64,000 nucleotides of DNA, from assembly GCF_902713615.1 (NCBI RefSeq), contig NW_024055837.1, positions 1 to 64,000 of the forward strand, in the 5' to 3' direction. Both the position numbers and the translations under genes were made by a program. The DNA is from Scyliorhinus canicula. Taxonomy: Eukaryota. This document shows, piece after piece, positions 51,040 to 64,000 of this stretch. The number at the start of each line of letters is the position of its first letter. Within the stretch, counting starts at the first letter, position 1. The notes below the pieces were generated by a model. That model made no database searches. It saw nothing but the letters and a program-made list of their open reading frames with translations, and had not been told where the DNA came from.

Positions 51040-52795
51040 AAAAGCATAGATAAGTCCCCTGGGCCAGACGGAACATATCCAAAGTTACTACGGGAAGCGA
51101 GGGAGAGATTGATGCGCCGTTGGCGATGATCTTTGCGTCCTCACTCTGCACTGGAGTAATACAGGATGATTGGACTGAGGCGAATGTTGTTCCCCTGTTC
51201 AAGAAAGGGAATAGGAAAATCCCTGGGAATTACACACAAGTCCGTCTTACATCTGTGGTGAGCAAAAAACTGGAATGGATTCTGAGAGATGGGATTTATG
51301 ATTATTTAGAACATCATAGTTTGATTAAAGATCATCAAGATGGCATTGTGAGGGCAGGTCATGAAAATGAAAATCGCTTATTGTCACAAGTAGGCTTCAA
51401 TGAAGTTACTGTGAAAAGCCCCTAGTCGCCACATTCCGGCGCCTGTCCGGGGAGGCTGGTACGGGAATCGAACCATGCTGCTGGCCTGCTTGGTCTGCTT
51501 TAAAAGCCAGTGATTTAGCCCAGTGAGCTAAACCCGCCCCTATTGACCCTATTGAGGTCATGCCTCACAAGCCTCATTCAATTCTTTGAGGTTGTGACGA
51601 GACACATTGATGAAGGTCGAGCAGTGGATGTGGTGTATATGGATTTCATTAAGGCATTTGATAAGGTTCCACATGATAGGCTCATTCAGAATGTCAGGAG
51701 GCATGGGATACAGGGAAATTTGGCTGTCTGGATACAGAATTGGCTGGCCAATAGAATACAGCGGGTGGTAGTGGATGGAAGGTATTCCACCTGGATGTCG
51801 GTGACCAGTCGTGTCCCGCACAGATCTGTTCTGGGACCTCTGCACATTGTGGTTCTTGTAAATGACTTGGATGAGGAAGTGGAAGGGTCGGTTAGTAAGT
51901 CTGCCGATGACCTGAAGGTTGATGGAGTTGTTGATAGTGTTGAGGGCTGTTGCAGATTACAACAGGACATTGACAGGATGCAGAGCTGGGCTGAGAAGTG
52001 GCAGATGGATTTCAACCTGGATAAATGTGAAGAGATTCATTTTGGAAGGTCGAATTTTAATGCTGAATTCAGAGTTAAAGGCAGGATTTTTGGAAGTGTG
52101 GAGGAACTTCCAAGTTGGGGTCCAAGTACATAGATCCCTCAAAGTTGCCACCCAGGTTAACAGAGTTGTTAAGAAGGCGTATGTTGTGTTGGCTTTAATT
52201 AACAGGGGGATTGAGTTTAAGATCCGCAAGGTTTTTCTGCAGCTTTATAAAACCACACTTGAAATATTGTGTCCAGTTTTGATCGCCACATTATAGGAAG
52301 AATGTGGATGCTTTGGAGAGAGTGCAGAGGAGATTTACTAGAATGCAGCCTGGACTGGAGGGCATGTCTGATGAAGAAAGGTTGAGGGAGCTAAGGCTTT
52401 TTTCACTGGAACAAAGAAGGAAGAGAGGTGACTTGATAGAGGTGTACAAGGTGATGACATGCATGGATAGAATGGATCGCCAGAGACTTTTCCCGAAGGC
52501 GGAAATGGCTGTTGTGAGGGGACATAATTTTAAGGAGATTAGAGGGAGGTGGAGGGGAGATGCCACAGGTAGTTTATTTACGCAGAGAGTGGTGGGTGCG
52601 TGGAATGCACTGCCAGCGGAGGTGGTGGACTCAGAGTCATTTTGGAGATTTAAGCGACTCTTGGACAGGCACTTGGACAGCAGTAAATTGAAGGGGTGTA
52701 GGTTTGGTTGATCTTAGGTTACGATAAATGGTCGGCACAACATTGTGGGCCAAAGGGCCTGTACGGTGCTGCACTGTTCACTGTTCTATGTTCTA
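51040..52795 (+). mobile_element. CR1 LINE RT 3' half with a nested SINE (51361-51540)
   Basis: WTEANVVPLFKKG, VDVVYMDFIKAFDKVPH and RVQRRFTRM motifs; GTTCTATG tail. Confidence 0.85.
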
Positions 52796-54509
52796 AGCAG
52801 ACTGAGAAGGACATGAAAGTCAAAGGTAGGGGTGCTCTGGCGCAGTGGTTAGCACTATTGCCTTACGGGGTCAAGGATCCGTGTTCGATCCCAGCCCCGG
52901 GTCACTGTCCGTGTGGAGTTTACACATTCTCCCCGCGTCTGTGTGGCACAACCCAAATATGTGGAGGGCAGGTGGATTGGCCAGGCTAAATTGCCCGTTA
53001 ATTGGAAAAAAATTAATGAGGTACTTTTGTATTAAAGTAAAAGAAACACAAATGTAACCAATAACATGCACTTTCGCACAAATTCACGATGACAGAAATG
53101 TAGCAATTAAGACAAACACAATCATCCCCATTAATACACTTATCGGCACACACAGACACATATTAGCAGACTCGTATACATGCTACCACAAATACACAGG
53201 GCCACGTCAATCGTTATAAACAACCATCAACGCATAAAGAGCAATGTTGCCACATAGCACCAGGGACCCGGGTCGAATTCCGTCCTTGGGTGATTGTCTG
53301 TGCGGAGTTTACACATTCTCCCCGTGTCAGCGTTGGTTTCCTCCGTGTTCTCCCGTTTCCCCCACAGTCCAAAGATGTGAGGTTAGATGAATTGTACATG
53401 GTAAATTTCCCCTTAATGTTCAAAAGGTAAGGTTGGGTTCTGAGGTTATGTGTATAGGGCGGGGGTATACGCCAATGTATGGTGCTCTTTCGGAGGGTCG
53501 GTGCAGACACGATGGGCCGAATGGCCTCCTTCTGCAGTGCAGGGATTCCATGATGATGATTGCATGATGAGATATACGGTTAACAAACACACACGCACAG
53601 CCGCACACACACACATGCAGACACATTTATGCAGATACAAACATGAAGAAACTGACATGCATGTGGAACACAAAAAGACACATTAACACACATATTAGTA
53701 GGCAGGGAAGCATGGACATGTTAACACAGATATTAGAATATAAACATAAACTTCAACACATAAACACACAATAACAATACACTCATATGTACGCATTGAC
53801 AGAAGATGAACAAAATGTACACACAGATGCTGGCACACAAATACACAGATCAATACGCATTGACACATGAACACACAGTGAACTAACACAGTTGTCTGGA
53901 CACACAACAGAAGATTAAAGCAGTACAGAAGATCCGCATCCACACAGACACAAATACTAAAGAAAGAACACAAGCGTGAGGCAAAGTAAAATTCAAGCCT
54001 ACGATTAACTGGACATTCCCTACAAGTGTCCCTATTACATAAAGATCCGTCAAAAACAATGTAACAATGTTCTTACTGAGGAACGGTTGAAGTCAATGGC
54101 GTGCCAAGTGTTTCCTTCAGAAGTAAACAAACAAGATGGGAACTCACATCCGAGATCTTAAAAAGCAACATTCACAGTTTACAAATAAGGATCTCAGTGA
54201 ACCTCCCTCAATATCCATCATAATATTCTCCAATCACAGATCATGTGAAATTATTCAGCTGATCAGCTGATTCTGAAGAAAAGTTGTCATCCTTTCGGAT
54301 GGGGATTGTATGAGGAATGTAAAGGAAGAACAGCTGTTGGTATAGGTACAGAGATCGGTTGCTGATAGTCAGGAACTCAATGGTCGCGATGCAATGACAA
54401 ATATATCAGAGAATGAATTATCAACTCAAGGAATTGAAATGAGAATATTAACAATATATCCTGGATTAATAAGCAATCTGATTATATTTATTCGGCTCTA
54501 TCCCCATAG

Positions 54510-54637
54510 ATACCACAGACCACACCTGGACTGAAGACAATGAGGATGATAACGGGAACATCTGGACAACCGCTTCCACATTCATCACCCTGTTCTTCCT
54601 GAGCATTTCCTACAGCGCTGCAGTCACTCTGGTGAAG
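54510..54637 (+). CDS. IGHM: IgM TM1 exon DTTDHTWTEDNEDDNGNIWTTASTFITLFFLSISYSAAVTLVK
   Basis: Acidic spacer plus conserved IgM TM motif (W.TASTF..LF.LS..YS..VT); CATAG acceptor and AAG|GTGAGA donor. Confidence 0.95.
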
Positions 54638-54777
54638 GTGAGAAGGTTCAATCCACTCACACTTCAAACTGACAGAAGGTGTTTAAAACATCTCTAAATG
54701 TTTTATTGATTAAAACCGCCAACATTAATGTCCCAAATCATAAACATCTGCTTCATTATTTTCTCTCTCTTTTACAG

Positions 54778-54786
54778 ATCGAGTGA
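54778..54786 (+). CDS. IGHM: IgM TM2 exon (IE-stop)
   Basis: Polypyrimidine tract plus TTTACAG acceptor 140 bp after TM1; ATC GAG TGA; AATAAA at 55193-55198. Confidence 0.8.
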   Translation: ME

Positions 54787-55479
54787 TCGGTTGACTTTCG
54801 GACGCTGTAGATTTTCCTCAGCTGTTTATTATGATCTCTGTGTGACACAAATACAATATCTCCTCTTCTTGTCTCTAACAGTAAAATTCTCTCAGTTTTT
54901 TATTCTGTATCTATAACTGAGAGAATCGTGGACTGTATTTCTGTTTTCAGTTTAAAATGTACGAGATAATTATGGCTGTAATATAACTGTCGCTAATAAT
55001 TCCCCGAAATCTCATGTCTAAATAAGTAACTTATCTCGTTCCTTATATAACTGTTGCCTTCCCTTTATGTTGAGCTCCTGTTTTCTCTTTCTTGTGACTG
55101 TCACAGTTGTACATACATTTGGCAGCTCAGAGGGCATGTCTTCTGTTTTCAGTGTGACCCTCAATCGTTATGTTCCCTTTTGTTAATATCAAAATAAAAA
55201 TTTCTCTAATATTTTTTCTGAACTTTTAATACGTAATGAATGGAAAATTGAGAAAATAAGGCTTTTCTGTGCTCCTTTATTCAGGTCCATCTGCTCCACT
55301 CCTTTCCCACTATTATACAGTTTTCTCCCCTTTATCAGAGAAAAATCTCACTAGTCTTGTCTGGAATGTTTCTGAACTCAAGGCCGTTCTGTGCACGAGC
55401 CACTGCGCCATCAAGCAGCCGGTCCGGGCAAAGATACAGTCAGCTCTGAATTCTAACAAATATGTCACACATAATTTCG

Positions 55480-58030
55480 CCTTCATGAAGCCATGCTGAC
55501 TCTGCTTGGCTATAGTGTGCTTTTCGAAATGCTCTACTATTCCATCCTTTTTAATGGATTCTCAGCGTTTTCATAGTGACAAATGTTAAGCTAATTGGCC
55601 TATAGTTACTTGCTCTTTATCGCCCTCCGTTATGAAGTAAAGGTGTTACATTGGCAGTTTTGCAATCCTCCAAGACTTTGCCTGATTTTGACCAGGTCAG
55701 CGACTACGTCTGTAAGTACCTCCTTCAACAATCTGAGATGCAACACAAGGTCTAATCAGCCTTTTGTCCTATTGGTATCAAGAGGACGTTTTCTCTAGTG
55801 TTAGTTATTGTATTTGATCCCTCTCCCTTTTGCCTTTGATTATTTCGTATTTTAATAATAATTAAATAACAATAACCTTTATTAGTGTCACTACTGGGTG
55901 TGCATTAACACTTCAATGAAGTTAATCTGAAAATCCCCTAGTCATCATACTCCAGCACCTGTTCCGGTACATGGAGGGAGAATTCACAATGTCCAATTCA
56001 CTGAACAAGCACTTTCGAATGCTATTTCTGTCTTCTACTGTGAAGACTGACACACAGTTTTTATTTAACTCCTCTGCCATTTCCGAGCTCACCATTATTA
56101 TTTCCGCAGTCTCATTCTCTCTGAGGCCTATGTTCATAGAACATAGAACATTACAGCGCAGTATAGGCCCTTCGGCCCTCGATGTTGCGCCATCCTGTGA
56201 AACCCCTCTAAAGCCCATCTACACTATTCCCTTATCGTCCATATGCCTATCCAATGACCATTTGAATGCCCTCAGTGTTGGCGAGTCCACTACTGTTGCA
56301 GGCAGGGCATTCCACACCCTTACTACTCTCTGAGTAAAGAACCTACCTCTGACATCTGTCCTATATCTATCTCCCCTCAATTTAAAGCTATGTACCCTCG
56401 TGCTGGACATCACCATTCGAGGAAAAGGCTCTCAATGTCCACCCTATCTAATCCTCTGATCATCTTGTATGCCTCAATTAAGTCACCTCTTAACCTTCTT
56501 CTCTCTAATGAAAACGGCCTCAAGTCCTTCAGCCTTTCCTCATATGATCTTCCCTCCATACCAGGCAACATCCTTGTAAATCTCCTCTGTACCCTTTCCA
56601 ATGCTTCCACATCCTTCCTATAATGTGGCGACCAGAACTGCACGCAATACTCCAAATGCGGCACTAGAGTTTTGTACAACTGCAACATGACGGCATGGCT
56701 CCGAAACTCAATTCCTCTACCAATAAAAGCACTTTGATCTCTCTCTTCATTTCTATGAATTTAAGGAAACTCTTGCTGGCTATTTTTATATTAATTTCCA
56801 GGTGACCATCATAGTTCATCTTCTCCCTCTTTTTCGCTCATCTTTTGTGTTTTTAAAAAAACTTTCCCAATCCTCTGGCTTACCACTAAACTTTGCCACA
56901 TTATATGTTTTGTCTTTGTGTTTAATGGTTTCCTTAACTTCCTTAGTTAACCATGGTTGATTTATCCCTTTCCAAGGATCCTTCTTCCTCACTGGGATAT
57001 ATTTTTGTTGCGAGTCGTGAACTATTTTCAGAAATGTCTGCCGTTGCTGATCAACCGTCTTTCCTGCTAATCTTCTCCGCCAGTCCACCTCCTGCCAACT
57101 CTGCCTCTCCTTCTTCTGAATTCCTGTTGGTGCAACCTGTCTAAGCTTTTCTGATCAGATAACCCCCTCATCCAGGAATCAGTCAAGGAACCTTCTCTGA
57201 ACGGCTTCTAATGCAATGATGTCCTTTCTTAAAAAAGGAGCCCCAAACTGTACACCGTGCTCTGGATGTGGTCTCAACAAGACCCTGTACACCTGCAGTA
57301 AAACATCTCTACTTTCCCCTTGCAATAAAGAACAACATTCCCTTTACCTTCCTAATCACTTACTGTATCTGCAGACTAACTGTTCCTGATTCATGTGCCA
57401 TATCAGCCAGATCCCTCTGTGCCTCAGACATCTGCAATCTCTCTCCATTTAAATAATTGGCTGCTTTTCGATTCTTCCTGCCAAAGTAGACAAGTTCACA
57501 TTTCCCCACATTATGTTCCATCTGCCAAATTGGGCCCACTCACATAACCTGTCTGAACCCTTTGTAGGCTTATTCTGGTCATTCGCAAATTACTTTCCTG
57601 TATATCTTTGTGTCATCAACAAATTTAACAACTATACTTTGGTCCTGTCATGCAAGTAATGAAAATAGTGTATAAATCGTTGAAGTCCCTGCACTGATCT
57701 ATGTGATACTCCACAGGTAACATCTTGCCAACCCAAAAATGACTTGTTTATCCCTCCTCTCTCTTTCCTGTTAGCAACCAATCCCCGATTCATGCTAATA
57801 TGTTGCCCGATACACAGAGCTGTTACTTTGTATATAAACTTTTATGTGGAACCTTGTCAAATACCTTCTGAAAATCTACACATCACATTCACAGGTCCCC
57901 GTTTATCCACATTGCTTATTACTTCCTCAAGAGCTCCAATAAATTGGTCAAACATGATTTCCCTTGCACAAAGCAATGCCACTCAGCCGGATTGCAATGA
58001 GATTTTCTAAGTGCCCACTCCAGCCTCCTT
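55480..58030 (-). mobile_element. Nested CR1 LINE fragments (young 3' end at about 56138-56725)
   Basis: [19 protein letters not shown] in ORF 56410..56688; CATAGAAC tail identical in family to the about 23940-24150 insert. Confidence 0.7.
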
Positions 58031-58640
58031 ATTAACAGAATGCCAATGGCTCAGTCTGCAGGGGATAAACAGCAACAATGGCAGCAGAATCCAACACCTG
58101 CAGTGAGTTGTGAATTCGCTGATGTCTCAGCAGATTGGATACCAGAGCAAATCTCTTCCCACACATGGAGCAGGTGAATGACCTCTCCCCAGTGTGAACT
58201 TGTTGGTGTCTCAGAAGATCCTTTGTGCTCTTAAAGCTCTTCTCACAGTCAGAACATTTAAAAGTGGGAACAAGGTGATGCACAGTAAGCTAGGATGAGT
58301 GAATCCCTTCCCACACATGGAGCAAGTGAAGGGTCTCTCCCCAGTGTGAATTCCCTCATGTATCAGAAAGTGGGGTGAACCAGTAAATCCCTTCCCACAC
58401 ACAGAGCTGATGAACGGCCTCTCTCCAGTGTGAACTTACTGGTGTCTCAGGCGGTGAGATGAATCTCTTCCCACACACAGAGCAGGTGAATGGCCTCTCC
58501 CCTGTGCGAACTCGCTGGTGTGTCATCAGATCCTGTTTTCTTTTAAAGCTCTTCTCACAGTCAGAACATTGAAATGGTCTCTGATCAGAGTGAACTCACT
58601 GGTGTGTCTGTAGCTGCAATATGACCGCCTGAATCTTGAG
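58030..58640 (-). pseudogene. Degenerate C2H2 zinc-finger fragment
   Basis: [29 protein letters not shown] and [14 protein letters not shown] in ORFs 58032..58283 and 58211..58402. Confidence 0.8.
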
Positions 58641-59272
58641 ATATCATCGCTACTGCTCAAACTCACGTGGGAGACCGGGGCTCAGCCTCCCCCCCCCCCC
58701 CCCCCCTCCCATTCACTCCGATTAGTTGGAGGATCAGCCGCTCGCGCTCGGCCCTGCAGTCCAGCCCCTCTCAACCTAATCGTCCAGAGCTGCCATCAAT
58801 CACCACATTGGTTAGCATTCTTGCTTCACAGCGTCAGGGTCCCAGGTTCGATTCCCCGCATGGCTCACTGTCTGTGCAGAGTCTGCATAGTCCCCCCGTG
58901 ACTGTCTGGGTTTCCTCCGGGTGCTCCACATGTTGTGAAAGACGTGCTTCTCCCTCAGTCCTACCCGAACAGGCACCGGAATGTGGCGAATGGGGGCTTT
59001 TCACAGTAAATTCATTGCAGTGTTAATGTAAGCCCATTTGTGAGAATAATAAAGCTTACTATTATTATAAAACAAATTGAGACACATAAGGAGATATTAG
59101 GACAGGTGACCAAAAACTTAGTCAAAGAGGTGAGTTTTGAAGAGAATCTTAAAGGAGGTAAGTGAGGTGGAGACGGGGAGGTTTACGGAGGGAATTCAGT
59201 GCTTGGGGCCGAGGGAACTTAAAACCAGGCGGAGTAATAAGAATCGGGGGTGTACAAGAGTCCAGGCTCAGA

Positions 59273-60340
59273 TAAGGAAGTTGGGAGACCTGTTCATTGA
59301 CGGGAGGTTTGCGAGCCTGGGTGAGCTGGAGGAGAAGTTTGAGCTCCCCCCGGGGAATATGTTCAGGTACCTTCAGGTCAAGGTGTTTGCTAGGCGGCAG
59401 GTGGAGGGGTTCCCTTTGCTGCCCCCGCGGGGGGGTAAGGGATAGGGTGCTTTCGGGGGTGTGGGTCGGGGATGGGAAGGTGTCTGACATCTACCAGGTT
59501 ATGCAGGAGGTGGAGGAGGCGTCGGTAGAGGAGCTGAAGGCTAAGTGGGAAGTGGAGCTGGGGGAGCAGATTGAGGAGGGGACATGGGCGAACGCCCTGG
59601 AGAGGGTGAACTCCTCCTCTTCATGTGCGAGGCTTAGCCTCATCCAGTTCAAGGTACTGCACAGGGCTCATATGTCCGGGATGAGGATGAGCAGGTATTT
59701 GGGGGCGAGGACAGGTGCATTAGGTGTTTGGGGAGCCCAGCGAACCATGCCCATATGTTTTGGGCATGCCTGGCACTGGGGGAATTCTGCCAGGGGTGGC
59801 GACGACGGTGTTGAGGGTGGTAGGGTCCAGGGTCAAGCCAGACTGGGGACCCGCGATATTTGGGGTTGGGGTGGAGCCGAGAGTGCAGGAGGTGAAAGAG
59901 TCCGGTGTTTTGGCCTTTGCGTCCCTAGTAGCCCGGCGGAGGATCTTGTTGCAATGGAAAGATGCGAGACCCCGAAGCGTGGAGACCTGGATCAATGACA
60001 TGGCAGGATTCATTAAGCTGGAGAAGGTCAAATTCGCCCTGAGGGGGTCGGTACAAGGGTTCTTTAGGCGGTGGCAGCCTTTCCTCGACTTTCTGGCTCA
60101 ACGATAGGGAACTAGGTCAGCAGCAGCGGGAACCCGGGGGTGGGGGGGGGGGGGGGTATTGTTTATGTTAATTTAATTTTTAAAACATTTATTTTGTTGT
60201 TCATCGGGTTTGGGGGGCGTAGGGGGGGGGGGCTCGTTATATGCGTTGTTACGGGTCCGGGGGTTGTTTATTATTGTTATTATCATTGTTTGTTGTTATA
60301 CATTTTTCAAAAATTTCAATAAAAATTATTTATTAAAAAA
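59273..60340 (+). mobile_element. 5'-truncated L1-clade 3' end
   Basis: ORFs 59297..59998 and 59724..60107; AATAAA/A-tail; TSD AAGAGTCCAGG(C/A)TCAGA (59256-59272, 60341-60357). Confidence 0.88.
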
Positions 60341-61007
60341 AAGAGTCCAGGATCAGAGCTGTGCAGATATCTCAGGGGGTTGTGGGGCTGGAGGAGATGA
60401 CAGACACAGGGAGAGATGAGGCCATAGAGGGATTTGGAAACAAGGGTGAGAATCCCAAAACATTGAAAAGTAGTGATATCCGCTGAGTTCCCACACCAAT
60501 GTTACTGAATGAATATTCATTTAAAATATAAAATCAAAATGATCGACATGGAACCAAATCCAATGCATTAGAAAGCTATGAAGTTATTGGATTCCAATAA
60601 ACTCATCAATGATTGGCTCATTCCCAGCTCCACGGTGAGTAGGACCCAGATGAGCAGAAACAGAATAGAAATTGGACACATTGCAGCGAGATAGTTCACA
60701 CAGTTGTGAAATGTTGAATGGCTCCTAATCTGGTCTGAAATTCTGTGATTCTGATGTTAGATCAGTGTCTCTGCCATGTGACTGTTTTTCAGCTGAACTG
60801 TACTCACAAAGAAAGATGTGAAGGACAATGAAACTGTAAGGTTTGACACTGTGGGCCGTTCAGCTCTGGACACGGCATTGTTTCTGTAGGGAGCTTGCAT
60901 CACGTTTCACTCCCGATACAAAAGGCACCCCAGTTCCAAACAGTTAGCAGTACTGGGAAATATTTCCCCCATTGACAACCCGGAGCTGTGTGATGAATGC
61001 TGGTGGT

Positions 61008-61038
<31 letters not shown>

Positions 61039-61079
61039 TGGCACAAAGATGTTTTCATCCCTGGATGGACTGGAGCCAA

Positions 61080-61210
61080 GAACAAAGGTCATGGAGGTGA
61101 AAATGAGCTTTGATTTCCTGTGCAAAGAGGTGTGCAGAGTTCAAAAGAATCTCAACAAACACTCGAGGAACAGCAGCGCATCTTTCCACTGGGCTCAATA
61201 CAGCTTTCAC
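61080..61210 (+). mobile_element. Possible Penelope-like ORF C-terminal remnant
   Basis: LEEQQRIFPLGSIQ resembles, from recall, the EEQHLIFRLG.LQP C-terminus of vertebrate Penelope-like ORFs. Confidence 0.35.
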
Positions 61211-62161
61211 ACTCAGTGTGTGTTCAGCAGTTTCACACTGTAAATGCTGCCCCCATTCTGTGTGTCCTTACATCGCAGATTTGGGTTCGAATCTTGTTTC
61301 CACTTGTTCTTTGTGTCCGGCGGCAGTTGTTGATCAATCTGCCATTGATAGATCCTCCAGACACATCTTTGGTTTCTTTGTTCCTTCCATTGGGCAGCAT
61401 GGTAGCATTGTGGATAGCACAATCACTTCACAGCTCCAGGGTCCCAGGTTCGATTCCGGCTTGGGTCACTGTGTGGAGTCTGCACATCCTCCCCATGTGT
61501 GCGTGGGTTTCCTCCGGGTGCTCTGGTTTCCTCCCACAGTCCAAAGATGAGCAGATTAGGTGGATTGGCCATGATAAATTGCCCTTAGTGTCCAAAATTG
61601 CCCTTAGTGTCCAAAATTGCCCTTAGTGTTGGGTGGGGTTACTAGGTTATGGGGATAGGGTGGAGGTGTTAACCTTGGGTAGGGTGCTCTTTCCAGGAGC
61701 TGGTGCAGACTTGATGGGCCGAATGGCCTCCTTCTGCACTGTAAATTCTATGAAATTGTGCTAACAGAGCGCTGGAACAGACACGGCAGCCGGAATGGCC
61801 TCATACTGTGGTGTCATTATTCTCTGATTTGATGTTAACTTCACTCTGAGGCCGAGAACCGCAAAGTATTTTCTCATTTAATCTCTCCTGAGATTATCAG
61901 AGTGCTTTCCTGTTGTTCTGTTTCCTCCCTCCGGGATTTCACTTGCTTTTAATTTTCTACATTTCTAACATATTCCGCTTTCAGTGGAAGGTTATGGAGG
62001 TGAAAGATGAATTTTGTTTCTACATTTTCTACATTTCTAACATATTCCGCTTTCAGTGGAAGGTTATGGAGGTGAAAGATGAATTTTGTTTCCGTGTCCA
62101 CAAATACTGCCTGACTGCCTGAGGTTACCCAGCATTTTCCGCAGATATCTGATTGGCTGTG

Positions 62162-62700
62162 TGTTGGAACCAATAATTCTATGGACACGTGCTTGTAGGA
62201 TTAGAATAGCGGTTTTAATATACTTACAACATAGCCAGCCTGTTAGCCGTTGAAATTTCGTTGAACTGGCCGGCTGACCCTGTGGCACTGATCTTTATAC
62301 AGCAGCTCCCAGGGGAGGAGTCCTGGGCGGAGCCAAGGGAGAAGCCCTGTACAACTCTCAAGCATTCCCAGAGCTACTCCCCCTGGAGGTCAGATAGTGC
62401 AACTGCACTTACGATATAGTAAGAAGTCTTACAACACCAGGTTAAAGTCCAACAGGTTTGTTTCAAACACGAGCTTTCGGAGCACGGCTCCTTCTTCAGG
62501 TGAAGGTTATGCATTCACCTGAAGAAGGAGCCGTGCTCCGAAAGCTCGTGTTTGAAACAAACCTGTTGGACTTTAACCTGGTGTTGTAAGACTTCTTACT
62601 GTGCTCACCCCAGTCCAACGCCGGCATCTCCACATCATGACTTACGATATAGACACACGTATATACAGGTTATAATCCGGTGTGAATCACATTCACCACA
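62162..62700 (-). mobile_element. Gypsy 3' LTR interrupted by a Penelope-like insertion; PPT at 62701-62710 (AGGGGGTGAA on minus)
   Basis: TG..CA termini immediately after the PPT, downstream of the integrase. Confidence 0.75.
62418..62639. mobile_element. Penelope-like terminal repeat with an 87-bp inverted 5' duplication and two hammerhead motifs
   Basis: Perfect inverted repeat 62418-62504 / 62514-62600; TSD ACTTACGATATAG (62407-62419, 62640-62652); hammerhead core CUGAAGA..GAAAGCUC at 62516-62550 (+) and 62468-62502 (-). Confidence 0.8.
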
Positions 62701-62743
62701 TTCACCCCCTGTGAACAAAATCGAGTCCAGCGGGGGTGGTGGC

Positions 62744-64000
62744 TCACAGAGTTAGTCTGTCCGGTGGACGAATTGTTCTTTTCGATCTGTGGGTGTTGAG
62801 AGCTGGGGTACGATGGCAGACTCTGGGGCGAACTTTATACACCTCTGGCTCGACTGGAGACTGGGGGCACTGGGAGCGGGCTGGTTCTGGCGCGTGGAAC
62901 CGGTGGGGTGAGCTTGCGGGATCGGGGACGCGAGGGGGCGGCAGTGGGGGTGGGGGGGCTGGATCCAGCGGGTGCCAGGAGGGATACCGTGTCCTGGCGA
63001 ACGTCCGTGAACTCCACGAATGCATACTGGGGGTTGGAATGGAGGAGGTGCACCTTTTCAACAAGGGGGTCAGTTTTGTGCCCCCTGACGTGCTTCCTCA
63101 GGAGGACCGGGCCTGGTGTCCTCAGCCACGCCGGAAGTGAGGCCCCCGTGGTAGAGCCCCTAGGAAAAATGAAGAGTCGCTCGTGAGGGGTTTGATTTGT
63201 AGCTGTACAGAGGAGGGATCTGATAGCGTGGAGCGCGTCTGGGTGGACTTCTTGCCATTGGGAGACTTGGAGTTTTCTAGACCAGAGGGTCAGCAGGACG
63301 GTCTTCCAGACCGTCGCGTTCTCCCTCTCCACCTGTCCGTTCAACCTGGGGTTGTAGCTGGTAGTCCTGCTCGAGGCGATACCCTTGTCGAGCAGGTACT
63401 GATGCAGCTCGTCGCTCATAAAGGACGAACCCGGTCGCTGTGCACGTAGCTGGGGAAACCAAACAGGGTGAAGACACTATGCAGGGCCCTAATGACTGTG
63501 TGGGAGATCATGTCAGGGCATGGAATGGCAAACGGGAATCGGGAGAACTCGTCGATGATGTTGAGGAAATAGATGTTCTTGTTAGTGGAGGGGAGTGGCC
63601 CTTTGAAATCGATCGCAAGGCGTTCAAAGGGCCTAGAAGCCTTGACCAGGTGGGCCCTGTCTGGTATATAGAAGTGCGGTTTGCACTCCGCATAGATCGG
63701 GCAGTCCCTGGTGACCGCTTTTACCTCCTCGTTGGAGAAAGGCAGGTTTCGGGCTCTGATGTAGTGGGCGAGCCGGGTGACCCCTGGATGGCAGAGGTCC
63801 ACGCGGATGGCTTTCAGACGGCTGATCTGCGCGCTGTCGCATGGCCCGCGGGATAGGGCATCCGAGGGCTCGTTGAGCTTCCCCAGTTGATATTTAATAT
63901 CATAACTATAGGTGGAGAGTTCGATCCTCCACCAAAGGATTTTATCATTTTTTATTTTGCGCCTTTGTGAGTTGTCAAACATAAAGGCAACCGATCGTTG
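62744..64000 (-). mobile_element. Ty3/Gypsy pol C-terminus (RNase H end and integrase), frameshifted, running off the window
   Basis: WRIELSTYSYDIKY, HPGVTRL..C..EC, FERLAIDFKGPLP, IIDEFSRFPFA, VHSDR and YNPRLNGQVER motifs. Confidence 0.9.

Noticed and set aside
30868-54786. Identity as IgM1gj, IgNAR or IgW
   Set aside because: Four Cmu-type domains including Cmu2 and an unjoined J exclude IgM1gj (fully joined VDJ, three C domains). V and C motifs and the tailpiece are mu-type.
61952-62092. Tandem duplication of about 70 bp producing repeated ORF text
   Set aside because: A simple local duplication in degenerate repeat-derived DNA, with no coding or structural signal.

Overview
Cartilaginous-fish (shark) genomic DNA; the species cannot be fixed from sequence alone. 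The core is one complete IgM heavy-chain cluster on the + strand (about 30.7-55.2 kb): TATA promoter, leader exon, VH, a single JH, Cmu1-Cmu4 with secretory tailpiece, TM1 and TM2. All exons are open and all splice phases are compatible. The VH is already fused to D-like sequence and followed by a 12-bp-spacer RSS facing the 23-bp-spacer RSS of JH, so this is a partially germline-joined (VD-J) cluster needing only one RAG joint. A perfect 14-bp GC-rich inverted repeat lies just upstream of the VH TATA box, and an 8 x 65-bp E-box-bearing tandem repeat lies in the J-Cmu intron. C2H2 zinc-finger gene remnants flank the cluster on both sides. The rest is transposon-rich: many V-SINE/HE1-like SINEs, CR1/L2 fragments, a full-length near-intact L1-clade LINE, a composite endogenous retrovirus with a tRNA-Phe PBS, a Harbinger-type MITE, a Gypsy 3' end, and Penelope-like termini carrying minimal hammerhead ribozyme motifs.
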